Shown: positions 54,200 to 64,000, numbered from the stretch's first letter. The stretch is 64,000 bases of DNA from Polaromonas sp. (GCA_046303055.1 JBKCGU010000042.1:21304-85303), one strand, 5' to 3'. The notes: generated by a model from the letters alone, not told the origin. Numbers and translations are program-made.

Positions 54200-55101
54200 T
54201 CACAGACTTCAAAGGAAAAACGGCCGTCCTGACGGGTGCGGGCTCAGGCTTTGGCCTGGAATGTGCTCGCATAGGTGCCAGGCTGGGCATGAACCTGGTG
54301 CTGGTGGATGTTCAGCAAGACGCACTCGACGCTGCCACGCAGGAAATGCAGGCGGCTGGGGCACAGGTACTGGCCTTCAAAATCGACGTGTCCAGCGCCA
54401 GCGACATGCAAGCGCTGGGCGCTGCGGTGCTGGCGCGCTTTGGCGCGCCGCATCTGGTGTTTAACAACGCCGGCGTTGGCTCGGGCGGTCTGATTTGGGA
54501 GAACTCTGTCAAAGACTGGGAATGGGTGCTGGGCGTCAATGTGATGGGCGTGGCGCACGGCGTGCGGGTCTTCACCCCCATGATGCTGGCGGCGGCCGGA
54601 CAAGACCCGGCCTGGCAGGGTCACATCGTCAACACCGCCAGCATGGCCGGGCTACTTAATGCGCCCAACATGGGCGTGTACAACGTCAGCAAGCATGCGG
54701 TGGTGTCGCTGTCGGAGACTTTGTATCAGGACCTGTCACTGGTCACCGACCAGATCAGTGCCTCGGTGCTGTGTCCGTTTTTTGTGGCCACCGGCATCAG
54801 CCAGAGCCATCGCAATCGCCCGTCAGACTTGCGCGCCAGCAAACCCACCCAAAGCCAGCTTATCGGCCAGGCCATGAGCGAAAAAGCAGTGAGCTCAGGC
54901 AAGGTCAGCGCGGCAGACGTGGCGCAACTGGTGTTTGATGGAGTAGCCAGCAATCAGTTCTACATTTACAGCCACCCCAAAGCCATCAAGTCGGTGCAGA
55001 CGCGGCTGGAAGACATTGTGCAAAGCCGCAATCCGACCGACCCCTTCGAAGGCAAGCCGGAGCTGGGGCAGCAATTGAAGACCGCGCTCAGGGCGGTCTG
55101 A
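54196..55101 (+). CDS. SDR family oxidoreductase
   Basis: TGAGSGFG, NNAGVG, YNVSK, SVLCP. Confidence 0.92.
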   Translation: MITDFKGKTAVLTGAGSGFGLECARIGARLGMNLVLVDVQQDALDAATQEMQAAGAQVLAFKIDVSSASDMQALGAAVLARFGAPHLVFNNAGVGSGGLIWENSVKDWEWVLGVNVMGVAHGVRVFTPMMLAAAGQDPAWQGHIVNTASMAGLLNAPNMGVYNVSKHAVVSLSETLYQDLSLVTDQISASVLCPFFVATGISQSHRNRPSDLRASKPTQSQLIGQAMSEKAVSSGKVSAADVAQLVFDGVASNQFYIYSHPKAIKSVQTRLEDIVQSRNPTDPFEGKPELGQQLKTALRAV

Positions 55102-55104
55102 CGT

Positions 55105-55797
55105 TCAAACCGGTAGCTTGTCAAAAACGTCGTAGCAGGTTTTCAGCCAGGTTTTCACGCGCTGACGCTCCAGCATACCCAGCGCGTCACTGCTGTCCTT
55201 GTCATGGATGGCTTTCCAGAAGCTGGTGTTGTTCTGGTCGATCTTGCGCATGCAGGCGTCGTGCAGCCGCGGCAGCTCGATGACGTAAGCGCCATGGTCC
55301 TGCGCTTTTTGCAGCGCATACGAGTCGCGCAACAACACAAAGTCAGACCCGCGCCCGTGGTTTTGCACCACCACATAGTTGGGGCCCTGCCCATAGGTGT
55401 CCACCAGTCGCCCCAGCAAATCAACCGCGTCCCGGCCATCGTCCATCACATGCCACAGGTTGACCGTCACGCCCATCTCGGCAAAGAGTTCCATCAGGCT
55501 GGCGTCCTTGATCCATGTGGCCAGCGGGGCAGAGGTTTGCGCGGCCAGGTCGACAATCACGCTTTGCTGCGGATTGTCCTCAAACGCCGCCGCAATCAGG
55601 TCCAAGCCTTCATACCTGTCAACCACCACGGGCGACGCATAGTTGGCATAAAACCGGTTAAACGAATGGTGTGAGCGGTCGGTGTCAAAGCCGGTAAACG
55701 CTGTACCTTTGTCAATGAAGTATTGCGCGAGGGCGCGCGCCGTGACGGACTTGCCCACGCCGCCTTTTTCGCCGCCTATGAAATTGATCGATGCCAT
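55105..55797 (-). CDS. Orphan ParA/MinD-class P-loop ATPase (MobD-like)
   Basis: Deviant Walker A GGEKGGVGKS at the N-terminus, GFDTD, VIVDLAA; start MASINFIGG. Confidence 0.75.
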   Translation of the reverse strand: MASINFIGGEKGGVGKSVTARALAQYFIDKGTAFTGFDTDRSHHSFNRFYANYASPVVVDRYEGLDLIAAAFEDNPQQSVIVDLAAQTSAPLATWIKDASLMELFAEMGVTVNLWHVMDDGRDAVDLLGRLVDTYGQGPNYVVVQNHGRGSDFVLLRDSYALQKAQDHGAYVIELPRLHDACMRKIDQNNTSFWKAIHDKDSSDALGMLERQRVKTWLKTCYDVFDKLPV

Positions 55798-55993
55798 GGT
55801 GTTCCTCAGGTGTTGGCTTGATTTTAGTTGTTCATGCAGGCCACACCATCGTTGGTGCTGAAGTGACAAACCTCAACATGCAAGCAACAGATCAACCAAA
55901 CCTGTCGATGACCGCCTAGCAAGCACCAGGCGGGGATTTAAGGCGCGGGATATGCGCGTTGGCAGTTGCCAGTGACCAATCGACAAGAGGGCT

Positions 55994-57130
55994 CTACATC
56001 GATCGCTCCAGGATTTGTGTGTAGTCCGCGGTGGTGGCCAGACGTGGATTTGTTTTGTGACAATGGTCCAGCAGCGCGCCGTGGATGATTTTTTCAAAAG
56101 CATTTGCCGAAACATTCATGTGGGAAAGTCCTGAGGGCAGTTCCAGGCGCTTGTTCATGTCGCGCAGCGCACTGGCAATATCGCTACCAGCGGCCAAACC
56201 CATCGCTCGGGCCATACGGTCCAGGCGCTTGTCCCTTAGCATCGATTCAGCGCTGGCGTTGAACTCCACTACAGCGGGCAAAAACATGGCGTTCAGGGTG
56301 CCATGATGCAGCCGTGGATCCACACCGCCCAGGCTGTGGCTGAGCGAATGCACGCAGCCCAAGCCTTTTTGGAACGCCATGGCCCCCTGCATGGATGCAC
56401 TCATCAGGTTGAACCTTGCTTCCCGGTCGCTGCCGTCCCGGGTTGCGCGCTCAATATGGGCCCAGCCACGCTCCAGACCGTCCAGTGCAATGCCGTCTGC
56501 GGGCGGGTTAAAGGCCGCTGACATGAACGTCTCCATGCAGTGCGCGATCGCGTCCATGCCGGTGGCCGCCGTCAGCTTTGCAGGCAGGCCTAGCGTGAGT
56601 TCAGGGTCACAAATGGCCGCTTTGGGTACGATGTGCCACGAATGAAAGCCGAGCTTGCGGTGGTCATCCACGATGATGATGGCGCCCCTTGCGACTTCGC
56701 TGCCCGTGCCGCTGGTGGTGGGTACGGCGATCAGCGGGGCTGCACGGTCAGTGATTTTGGCTGAGCCACCTTCAATCGTCGCGTAGCTTGTCAGGGCTTC
56801 GTCATGGGTCGCCGCAATAGCGACGCCCTTGGCGCAGTCAATCGCAGAACCACCCCCGACAGCAATCAAGCCGTCGCAGCCACGGGCCTTGTACAAGGCA
56901 GCTGCTGCGAGCACGGCAGCTTCGGTTGGGTTGGACGGCGTCTGGTCAAACACGGCAACGGTCATGCCGGGCAACATGTCCAGTGCTTTTTGCAATATGC
57001 CTGCCGCCTTCACCCCCGCATCCGTGACCACCAGTGGGCGCGTGATGCCCACGCGGTCGCATTCCTGCCTGAGCAGTTTGATGGCGCCAAAATCAAACTG
57101 GACCTGTGTCACGTAGTAAATAAAAGCCAT
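55994..57130 (-). CDS. Iron-containing alcohol dehydrogenase
   Basis: GGGSAIDCAK, PTTSGTGSE, GMDAIAHC.E, HSLSH, HGTLN. Confidence 0.94.
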   Translation of the reverse strand: MAFIYYVTQVQFDFGAIKLLRQECDRVGITRPLVVTDAGVKAAGILQKALDMLPGMTVAVFDQTPSNPTEAAVLAAAALYKARGCDGLIAVGGGSAIDCAKGVAIAATHDEALTSYATIEGGSAKITDRAAPLIAVPTTSGTGSEVARGAIIIVDDHRKLGFHSWHIVPKAAICDPELTLGLPAKLTAATGMDAIAHCMETFMSAAFNPPADGIALDGLERGWAHIERATRDGSDREARFNLMSASMQGAMAFQKGLGCVHSLSHSLGGVDPRLHHGTLNAMFLPAVVEFNASAESMLRDKRLDRMARAMGLAAGSDIASALRDMNKRLELPSGLSHMNVSANAFEKIIHGALLDHCHKTNPRLATTADYTQILERSM

Positions 57131-57214
57131 AAATCTGTTGCCCCAATTGAGATGAACAAAGCTCGCAGCTTGTACCATGTCTGCTCATCACAGACGACGA
57201 AATGGCAAGCACCT

Positions 57215-58075
57215 ATGAAAAGAAACGATTTCCGGTTTTCCTACCCTTTACGGGTGCGTTGGGCAGAAGTAGACATGCAAAAAATTGTCTTCAACGCCCA
57301 CTACCTGATGTATTTTGACACCGCCATTGCCGAATACTGGCGTGCTCTGGCACTACCCTACGAAGAAGCCATGCACCAGATGGGCGGCGACTTGTATGTG
57401 AAGAAAGCCAGTTTGCAATATGAAGGCTCTGCCCGGTTTGATGACCAGCTCAACATCAGCCTGAAATGTGTGCGAATTGGCCGCTCATCGATTGAGTTTG
57501 CGGGGGCTGTTTTCAGGGCTGACACTTTGCTGGTCAAGGGTGAGTTGATTTATGTTTTCGCTGATCCCCTGACCCAGGTTTCCCAACCCGTGCCAGATGT
57601 CTTGCGCGATTTGCTGACGGGCTACGAGGCGGGGCACAAGAGTTACACCGTCACAGAAGGCACATGGGCAGAATTGGGGGGCGGTGCGACGCAGCTTCGC
57701 GTGGAGGTTTTTGTGCAAGAGCAGGGCGTGCCCATCGAGATGGAGTGCGACGCAGCTGACTCGGATGCCACTCATGCGGTGGCCCGCAACCACCTTGGCC
57801 AGGTGCTGGCCACCGGCAGGCTGCTGACGCCTGCACCGGGTATTGGCAAAATTGGCCGGATGGCGGTCAAGCGCGTGATGCGCGGCTCTGGACTTGGCCG
57901 CATCATGCTGGACACACTCTCGGCTAGCGCCGCCCGTCGAGGCGACCAGGAAATTGTGCTGCACGCCCAGCGCAGCGCTGAAGGCTTTTATCAGCGTGCA
58001 GGCTTCGTTTGCCGGGGCGACCCCTTTGAAGAAGCAGGCATCCCACACATCGAGATGTTCAGGCAACTCAAATGA
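57215..58075 (+). CDS. YbgC/FadM-type acyl-CoA thioesterase fused to a GNAT acetyltransferase
   Basis: N-terminal VRWAEVDMQKIVFNAHYLMYFD; C-terminal RVEVFVQEQG, IGRMAV, LHAQ, FEEAGIPHIEM. Confidence 0.88.
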   Translation: MKRNDFRFSYPLRVRWAEVDMQKIVFNAHYLMYFDTAIAEYWRALALPYEEAMHQMGGDLYVKKASLQYEGSARFDDQLNISLKCVRIGRSSIEFAGAVFRADTLLVKGELIYVFADPLTQVSQPVPDVLRDLLTGYEAGHKSYTVTEGTWAELGGGATQLRVEVFVQEQGVPIEMECDAADSDATHAVARNHLGQVLATGRLLTPAPGIGKIGRMAVKRVMRGSGLGRIMLDTLSASAARRGDQEIVLHAQRSAEGFYQRAGFVCRGDPFEEAGIPHIEMFRQLK

Positions 58076-58240
58076 GTTTTTTGTTCGTCCTGAACAAGCC
58101 AAAATCACGACCCGCAGAGATCCAGATGCCTTTTCATGGCCAAGAAAGAGCGTTTCTCCAATAAGCACAGCGGCACCCTGCAGTAGGCCAGTTGAGCCAG
58201 CAAATCCCGCTACAGCTCCAGGCGCAGCTTTGACAGCCTG

Positions 58241-59215
58241 CTAAATATCGTCCAGTAGTGGGTAGGGCAGTGGCATCACAGTCAACGCCACGCCTTGTGT
58301 ACTACCCAAAGCCAGCTGACCATCTCCCACGGCGGATGTTCGCATCGACACGATGGCATCAAAACCACCTGACGGGTTGGCAGCGCTTGCCGCCACCAGG
58401 CCGCAGGGCTGTTCGGCATCAGATGAATGAAACACCTCTTGCCCCACAGACGGCTGGCCCATGCCATTGAGCGTGCCATGCACCAGGTAGGCACGGCGTT
58501 TTAAGGTGCCCCTGAACTGGCTGCGCGCCACCACTTCTTGGCCCGGGTAGCAGCCTTTTTTAAAGCTCACACCGCCCACCGACTCGTAGTTCAGCATCTG
58601 GGGCACAAAGGCTTCAAACAGGGCCTGCGTGACCATAGCAATGCCAGATTGCACTTCCAGCCACTGCCAGACGCTCAGGGCAAGTCGCTGGCCCGCCGGC
58701 GCCTGCGCACCCGCCGGAGCACAGCATAAAACCCGCCCAACACCGGCGCCAGGATACAAAAACACGGCATGTTGACCGTCAACATCGCGCTTTGACCAAT
58801 GAGTACCTGAGCGATTAGCTCATGAATCAATAGCGTCTGCCACATCGCCCACCAGGCCAAAAAGTACAAAATCGCTGCTGGCATCGCTCAGCTTGACCTT
58901 GGCGCGCATCACAAACATGCTCAGACGTTTGAGCGTCTGGGTCAGGATGTCCGCACTGCACACCAGCAAAAACTCTTCCTCGTCTCCGTCATTTTTGCGT
59001 TTGAACAGCACAAAGCTGGCCTGCATGCGCCCTTTGGCATTACAAAAGGCTGCCAAACGGGCGGTGGCCAGTCCCATATTCAGCACATCTTGCGTCAGTT
59101 GGCCTTGTAAAAATGCGGCGGCATCCGGGCCTACAGCACGTATCACGCCCAAATGATTCAGCTCTGCAATGCCTGAAATCGTTTGCGCGGGTGGGGTGGG
59201 GGCAGTTATCGTCAT
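58241..59215 (-). pseudogene. ygfZ: Folate-binding Fe-S/tRNA-modification protein YgfZ, interrupted by an in-frame TGA (58820-58822)
   Basis: LQGQLTQD, CNAKGRM and KKGCYPGQEVVAR motifs; the two track ORFs share one frame, separated by a single TGA. Confidence 0.85.
58781..58834 (+). repeat. 54-bp element (family A) inside ygfZ, carries the stop codon
   Basis: aacatcgcgctttgaccaatgagtacctgagcgattagctcatgaatcaatagc; antisense reads AIDS*ANRSGTHWSKRDV. Confidence 0.75.
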
Positions 59216-59274
59216 GGGCTGAATTATCATGGCTGTCAATGTGAAGTGAACTAGTTGATAGAGGTAACCGAGTC

Positions 59275-60282
59275 GTGGTGCGTGCTTTTACAAGATTGCT
59301 GATGGTTGCCGTGCTGCTGACCGGTATGGCGTTGGCTGCTGGCGGCTGGTGGCTGCACAGCCCCATGACACTGAATTTGCTGGCGGGCAGCCCGGTGCTT
59401 GATCTGGAGATAGAACCCGGCACGCGTCCCGCGCAGGTTGCCCAAGCGGTGGTGACCAGCGGTGCGCAGACGCCTGTGCAACTGCTGCAATTGTGGTTTC
59501 GCGTCTCGGGCCAGGCCCGGCAAATCAAGGCGGGCAGCTACGAAATCACACCCGGCATGACGCCGCGCAAGCTGCTGGCCATGCTGGTACGCGGCGATCA
59601 AACCCTCAAAAGCATCACCCTGGTGGAAGGCTGGAACTTCCGGCAAGTACGCGAAGCGCTACAAAAAGCAGAGCTGCTCGCCCAAGATTCTATTGGCCTG
59701 CAGCCCGAAATGATCATGGAAAAGCTGGGCAGGCCAGGCGTTCACCCCGAGGGACGCTTCTTTCCTGACACCTACACCTATGCCAAAGGCTCAAGCGATC
59801 TGGCCATCCTCAAGCGCGCCGCCAAGGCCATGGACAAACGACTGGAAGCCGCCTGGGCCTTGCGCCGGCTGGACACGCCCTTGACATCACCCGAACAAGC
59901 CTTGACCTTGGCAAGCATTGTTGAAAAAGAAACCGGCAAACCTTCAGACCGGGGGCAAATTGCCGGCGTTTTTGCCAATCGGCTGCGAATTGGCATGCTG
60001 TTGCAAACCGACCCAACGGTGATTTACGGGATGGGTGACAAGTTTGACGGCAACATCAGAAAGCGGGATTTGCAAACCGACACACCCTACAACACCTACA
60101 CCCGCGCTGGCCTGCCGCCCACGCCCATCGCCATGCCTGGCAAGGCCGCCCTGCTGGCTGCGGTGCAGCCGGCAGCGACCAAGGCGCTGTATTTTGTGGC
60201 GCGCGGGGACGGCAGCAGCCAGTTCAGCGCCACGCTTGACGAGCACAACCGTGCCGTCAACAAATACATTCGGGGCCAGTAA
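59275..60282 (+). CDS. mltG: Endolytic transglycosylase MltG
   Basis: EGRFFPDTY, LASIVEKET, LQTDPTVIYG, YNTY...GLPPTPIA. Confidence 0.97.
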   Translation: MVRAFTRLLMVAVLLTGMALAAGGWWLHSPMTLNLLAGSPVLDLEIEPGTRPAQVAQAVVTSGAQTPVQLLQLWFRVSGQARQIKAGSYEITPGMTPRKLLAMLVRGDQTLKSITLVEGWNFRQVREALQKAELLAQDSIGLQPEMIMEKLGRPGVHPEGRFFPDTYTYAKGSSDLAILKRAAKAMDKRLEAAWALRRLDTPLTSPEQALTLASIVEKETGKPSDRGQIAGVFANRLRIGMLLQTDPTVIYGMGDKFDGNIRKRDLQTDTPYNTYTRAGLPPTPIAMPGKAALLAAVQPAATKALYFVARGDGSSQFSATLDEHNRAVNKYIRGQ

Positions 60283-60930
60283 ATGAGCCACTCAACTGTC
60301 TTTTCAGGTCTTTTCATCAGCTTTGAGGGGATCGACGGCGCGGGCAAGTCCACCCACATCAGCGGCCTGGCAGACGCTTTTAAAGCCGCTGGCCGCAGCG
60401 TGACACTCACCCGCGAACCGGGCGGTACACCGCTGGCCGAAAAGCTGCGGGCCATGGTGCTCAACGACCCGATGGATTGCCTGACGGAATCGCTTTTGAT
60501 ATTCGCCGCCCGGCGCGACCATCTGGCCCATGTCATCCGGCCCGCATTGCGCAGGGGAGAGGTGGTCCTGTGTGACCGTTTTACCGATGCCACCTTTGCC
60601 TATCAGGGCGGTGGGCGCGGTTTTGACCTGCATGTTCTGAAAACGCTTGAAGCATGGGTTCAATCCACAGAAGGTCAGGCTTTGCTGCAGCCTGATCTGA
60701 CGGTCTGGTTTGACCTGGACCCGCTCAAGGCAGCTGAACGTCTGGCAGGAGCCCGCATTCCCGACAAGTTTGAAGCCCAGCCGGTCGAATTCTTCCGCCG
60801 TGTCGCGCAAGGCTATGCCGACAGGCAGCAGGTCGAACCCCACCGTTTTGCCCGGATTGACGCCGCTCAGAGCCGTGAAACGGTCTGGCAAGATATTTTC
60901 ACGATTTTCAAAACCCGAGCCTGGCTATGA
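60283..60930 (+). CDS. tmk: Thymidylate kinase
   Basis: [31 protein letters not shown]. Confidence 0.97.
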   Translation: MSHSTVFSGLFISFEGIDGAGKSTHISGLADAFKAAGRSVTLTREPGGTPLAEKLRAMVLNDPMDCLTESLLIFAARRDHLAHVIRPALRRGEVVLCDRFTDATFAYQGGGRGFDLHVLKTLEAWVQSTEGQALLQPDLTVWFDLDPLKAAERLAGARIPDKFEAQPVEFFRRVAQGYADRQQVEPHRFARIDAAQSRETVWQDIFTIFKTRAWL

Positions 60931-61988
60931 ACAACGGTAACGGCGTTTTGGCCCCCTGGCTGCAAACCCAGCTGGAAAGCCTGCTCAATCAGCGCGGCCA
61001 CGCCTGGCTGCTGGCGGGCCCCTCAGGTTTGGGGCAGTTTGACCTGGCTCTCGCGTTAGCACGCGCCTGGCTGTGTGAAACCCCCACGCCGCAAGGCGCT
61101 TGCCGCTCATGCGGCAGTTGCCACGCCGTCGATGTGCATACCCATGCCGATCTGGCGGTGCTGATGCCCGAGCTGCTGTCTCTGGAGCTCGGCTGGCCCC
61201 TGGATAAAAAGACGCAGGACGAGCTGGACAGCAAAAAACGCAAACCCAGTAAAGAAATCAAGGTCGATGCCGCACGTGAAGTCGTGTCTTTCACCCAGTT
61301 CACCCGCTCACGTGGCTCGACCAAAGTGGTGCTTGTCTTTCCGGCCGAGCGCATGAACGGCATCACGGCCAACACGCTGCTCAAAACGCTGGAAGAGCCA
61401 CCCGGCGCGGTCAAATTCATTCTGGCCACCGAGGCAGCGCACCACTTGCTACCCACCGTCCGCAGCCGTTGCCTGAGCCACACCATGGCTTGGCCGGGCT
61501 TTGACGAGGCACTGGCGTGGCTGCTGGCAAGCCACGACCAGGGGCAGGGCGCTGACAAAAAACCAAGCAAACCGCTGTCGTCCGCTGATTTGAAAACGCT
61601 GCTCACCGCCGCCGGTGGCCGCCCGGCCGATGCACTGGCCTGGATACAAAGTGGTCAGGCAGCAGCGCTTGCACAAAGCTGGCAAGCACTGCCCAAAGCC
61701 ATGGCCAAGGGTGACGTGACCGCTATCAGCAACCTGTTGCCATCACAGGCCGTCGACGCCCTGCAAAAGCTTTGCCATGATGTGTGGTCTGTCCGGGTTG
61801 GCGCTTCTCCCCGGTTTTTCAGCCTGGCTGACCTCCCATCATCGCCCGCCAAAGCGGGCACCTTAGGCCTGGCGGCCTGGGCTAGAGAACTGGCCAGCAC
61901 GGCGCGCTCTGTTGAACATCCCTATAACCCCGGTTTGATGCTGGAGTCCCTGACTAGCCGGGCCAAGATTGGGCTGAACTCAAAATAG
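60927..61988 (+). CDS. holB: DNA polymerase III delta' subunit
   Basis: [16 protein letters not shown] Zn module, [20 protein letters not shown]. Confidence 0.95.
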   Translation: MNNGNGVLAPWLQTQLESLLNQRGHAWLLAGPSGLGQFDLALALARAWLCETPTPQGACRSCGSCHAVDVHTHADLAVLMPELLSLELGWPLDKKTQDELDSKKRKPSKEIKVDAAREVVSFTQFTRSRGSTKVVLVFPAERMNGITANTLLKTLEEPPGAVKFILATEAAHHLLPTVRSRCLSHTMAWPGFDEALAWLLASHDQGQGADKKPSKPLSSADLKTLLTAAGGRPADALAWIQSGQAAALAQSWQALPKAMAKGDVTAISNLLPSQAVDALQKLCHDVWSVRVGASPRFFSLADLPSSPAKAGTLGLAAWARELASTARSVEHPYNPGLMLESLTSRAKIGLNSK

Positions 61989-62034
61989 GCGATTTCACTA
62001 CACGCCCAGATGGCCAAACCGATAAACTAGCCCC

Positions 62035-62445
62035 ATGAGCGCCAACCCACCCGCCAGCACGCCCCAAGCCAACGCACCTTCAAGCGCAACTTCCGGCGCT
62101 TCAACTGCCCGGCCCAGCGTCGTCCAATTAGCCATCAAGGAAAAAGCGGCGCTGTATGCCGCCTATGTTTCGTTGTTCAAGGAAGGTGGCGTGTTTTTCC
62201 CTACCGCGCGTGAGTACGAGCTTGGTGCTGACGTTTACTTGCTGTTAACGCTGCCCGATGACGCGCAGCGTTATCCGGTGGCGGGCAAGGTCGCCTGGGT
62301 TACACCGGCCGAAGCCTCAGGCAACCGCACGCAGGGCATCGGGGTGCGGTTCCCGAATGACGAGAAATCGCGCCTGCTGAAACTCAAAATAGAAGGCATT
62401 CTGGGCGCGCATCTGGCATCAGAACGGCCAACCCAGACCATTTAA
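62035..62445 (+). CDS. pilZ: PilZ domain type IV pilus protein
   Basis: ALYAAY...GGVFFPT, GKVAWVTP, GIGVRF, ERPTQTI; holB-pilZ-tatD synteny. Confidence 0.92.
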   Translation: MSANPPASTPQANAPSSATSGASTARPSVVQLAIKEKAALYAAYVSLFKEGGVFFPTAREYELGADVYLLLTLPDDAQRYPVAGKVAWVTPAEASGNRTQGIGVRFPNDEKSRLLKLKIEGILGAHLASERPTQTI

Positions 62446-62448
62446 ACT

Positions 62449-62502
62449 GCTACTTATTTAATAGCTATCAGCGCATATTATTATTGGCTTATAGCCATAT
62501 TT
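62449..62502 (-). repeat. 54-bp element (family A), intergenic
   Basis: Reverse complement aaatatggctataagccaataataatatgcgctgatagctattaaataagtagc. Confidence 0.85.
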
Positions 62503-62537
62503 GATGCCTTGAAAAGCCACCTTTAAGCATTTGCTGC

Positions 62538-63335
62538 ATGTTCACAGACTCCCATTGCCACTTAAGCTTTCCCGAACTCAAGGCTGATCTCCCGCAGATC
62601 CGCCAGGCCATGGCTGATGCGCAGGTTGAACGCGCGCTGTGCATTTGCACCACGCTGGAAGAATTTGAAGATGTTCACCAACTGGCCGTGACGTACAGCA
62701 ACTTCTGGTCTACCGTCGGCGTGCATCCCGACAACGAAGGCGTGACAGAGCCGACCGTGGATGACCTGGTGGGACGTTCAAAGCAGCCCAAAGTGGTCGG
62801 CATTGGCGAAACAGGCCTGGACTATTTTCGTCTGGGCGATCGTTCTGTAGCAGACATGGAATGGCAGCGTGATCGTTTTCGGGTGCATATCAGGGCCGCG
62901 CAGCAAGTGGACATGCCGCTCATCATCCACACACGAAATGCGTCTTTGGATACGCTGGCCATTTTGAAGGAGGAGGGCGAGGGCACCCAAGGCGCAGCGG
63001 GCGGCGTTTTCCATTGTTTTACAGAAAGCAAGGTGGTCGCCAAAGCCGCTCTCGACATGGGTTTTTACATCTCGTTTTCGGGCATTTTGACCTTTAAGAC
63101 CGCCGCTGACCTGCGCGAAGTCGCCCAATTTGTGCCGCTGGACCGCATCTTGATCGAAACCGACAGTCCTTACCTTGCGCCTGTACCGTATCGCGGCAAA
63201 ACCAACAACCCATCGTACGTCCCCTACGTTGCCAAATTGATTGCCGAGCTGAAAGGCGAAAAACTGGAAACCATTGCCCAAGCCACCAGCCACAATTTTG
63301 AGCAGCTCTTTGAGGGTGTGACTGCCAAGGTGTGA
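62538..63335 (+). CDS. TatD-family nuclease (YcfH)
   Basis: DSHCHL, GVHP, IGETGLD, IIHTR, FHCF, ETDSPYL. Confidence 0.95.
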   Translation: MFTDSHCHLSFPELKADLPQIRQAMADAQVERALCICTTLEEFEDVHQLAVTYSNFWSTVGVHPDNEGVTEPTVDDLVGRSKQPKVVGIGETGLDYFRLGDRSVADMEWQRDRFRVHIRAAQQVDMPLIIHTRNASLDTLAILKEEGEGTQGAAGGVFHCFTESKVVAKAALDMGFYISFSGILTFKTAADLREVAQFVPLDRILIETDSPYLAPVPYRGKTNNPSYVPYVAKLIAELKGEKLETIAQATSHNFEQLFEGVTAKV

Positions 63336-63336
63336 G

Positions 63337-64000
63337 ATGAAAAAATACCCAATAAATTACATTAAGAAAGCTGCATATCTTGTTGTTTTTACTGGATTTA
63401 GCCTGTCTTATGCTGGCTCTTATGACGATTTCTTCAAGGCCTTGCAGGCAGACGATGTAGCCACCGTCAGCAGCTTGCTGGCGCGTGGTTTCGATGCCAA
63501 CACGCTCGACCCTCAAGGCCAGCACGGTCTGCTGGTTGCCATCAAGGAGCCGTCGCCCAAGGCGGCCACAGTGCTGCTAAATGCTCCGAAGATTAACTTG
63601 AACACTCTGAATGTGCTGGGTGAAAGCCCTTTGATGCTGGCCGCACTCAAAGGCCAGTTCGACCTGGCAGCCCAAATGGTCAAAAAAGGCGCCGACGTTA
63701 ACAAGCCCGGCTGGACACCGCTGCATTACGCTGCTAGCAACGGTCATGTGTCCGTCATCAAGCTCCTGCTCGAGAACCACGCCTACATTGACGCCGAGTC
63801 ACCAAACGGCACCACGCCACTCATGATGGCCAGCATGTATGGCAGCCCCGAGGCCGTCACGCTGCTGCTCGACGAAGGCGCCGACTTGAGCCTTAAGAAC
63901 CAGCAAGGCATGACGGCCCTTGACTTTGCTGCTCGGGGCAAACGGCCAGACGCTGTTGAGCTGCTCACCAACGCCCAACGGATCAAGTACTCGACCGGCA
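63337..64000 (+). CDS. Secreted ankyrin-repeat protein (runs off window end)
   Basis: Manual translation MKKYPINY...SYAGSYDDFF; repeats GESPLMLAA, GWTPLHYAA, GTTPLMMAS, GMTALDFA. Confidence 0.9.
   Translation, partial: MKKYPINYIKKAAYLVVFTGFSLSYAGSYDDFFKALQADDVATVSSLLARGFDANTLDPQGQHGLLVAIKEPSPKAATVLLNAPKINLNTLNVLGESPLMLAALKGQFDLAAQMVKKGADVNKPGWTPLHYAASNGHVSVIKLLLENHAYIDAESPNGTTPLMMASMYGSPEAVTLLLDEGADLSLKNQQGMTALDFAARGKRPDAVELLTNAQRIKYSTG

Noticed and set aside
55105-55797. Integrated plasmid or ICE around the MobD-like gene
   Set aside because: No relaxase, integrase, T4SS genes, att repeats or compositional shift. The flanks are ordinary metabolic genes.
58820-58822. ygfZ as a selenoprotein
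   Set aside because: The TGA aligns with a GGA (Gly) of the repeat, not a catalytic Cys, and I see no convincing SECIS. A point mutation or sequencing error is simpler.

Overview
This is chromosomal DNA from a GC-rich betaproteobacterium, most likely Comamonadaceae (Rhodoferax/Polaromonas-like), inferred from gene order and protein style. Core genes: rpoD (partial), dnaG, mltB, etfBA, dsbB, smc-zipA-ligA-def, glnD-map, purL, ppiC-like/bolA/yciB/msrB/selO and ygfZ/mltG-tmk-holB-pilZ-tatD-ankyrin. A large acyl-CoA/fatty-acid catabolic region carries a Liv-type ABC transporter and two FadP-like palindromic operators. I found no tRNA, rRNA, transposase, integrase or cas genes. The most striking signal is a dispersed 54-bp (18-codon) AT-rich element: 11 clear full-length copies, 7 of them inside genes (dnaG, mltB, ligA, purL, selO, an acyl-CoA dehydrogenase, ygfZ), plus two degenerate copies. 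It is read in several frames and both orientations, and in some genes it seems to replace native codons rather than add to them. One copy puts an in-frame TGA in ygfZ. A second, GC-rich ~86-bp palindromic repeat has 3 copies, one inserted in-frame in purL. Other notable items: deletion scars (a collapsed moxR-DUF58-tgpA operon and a racemase/decarboxylase tail), a 21-aa basic micro-ORF divergent from an ABC protein with a shrunken ATPase domain, and an orphan ParA/MobD-like ATPase. All homology calls come from motif recognition and memory, not database searches.
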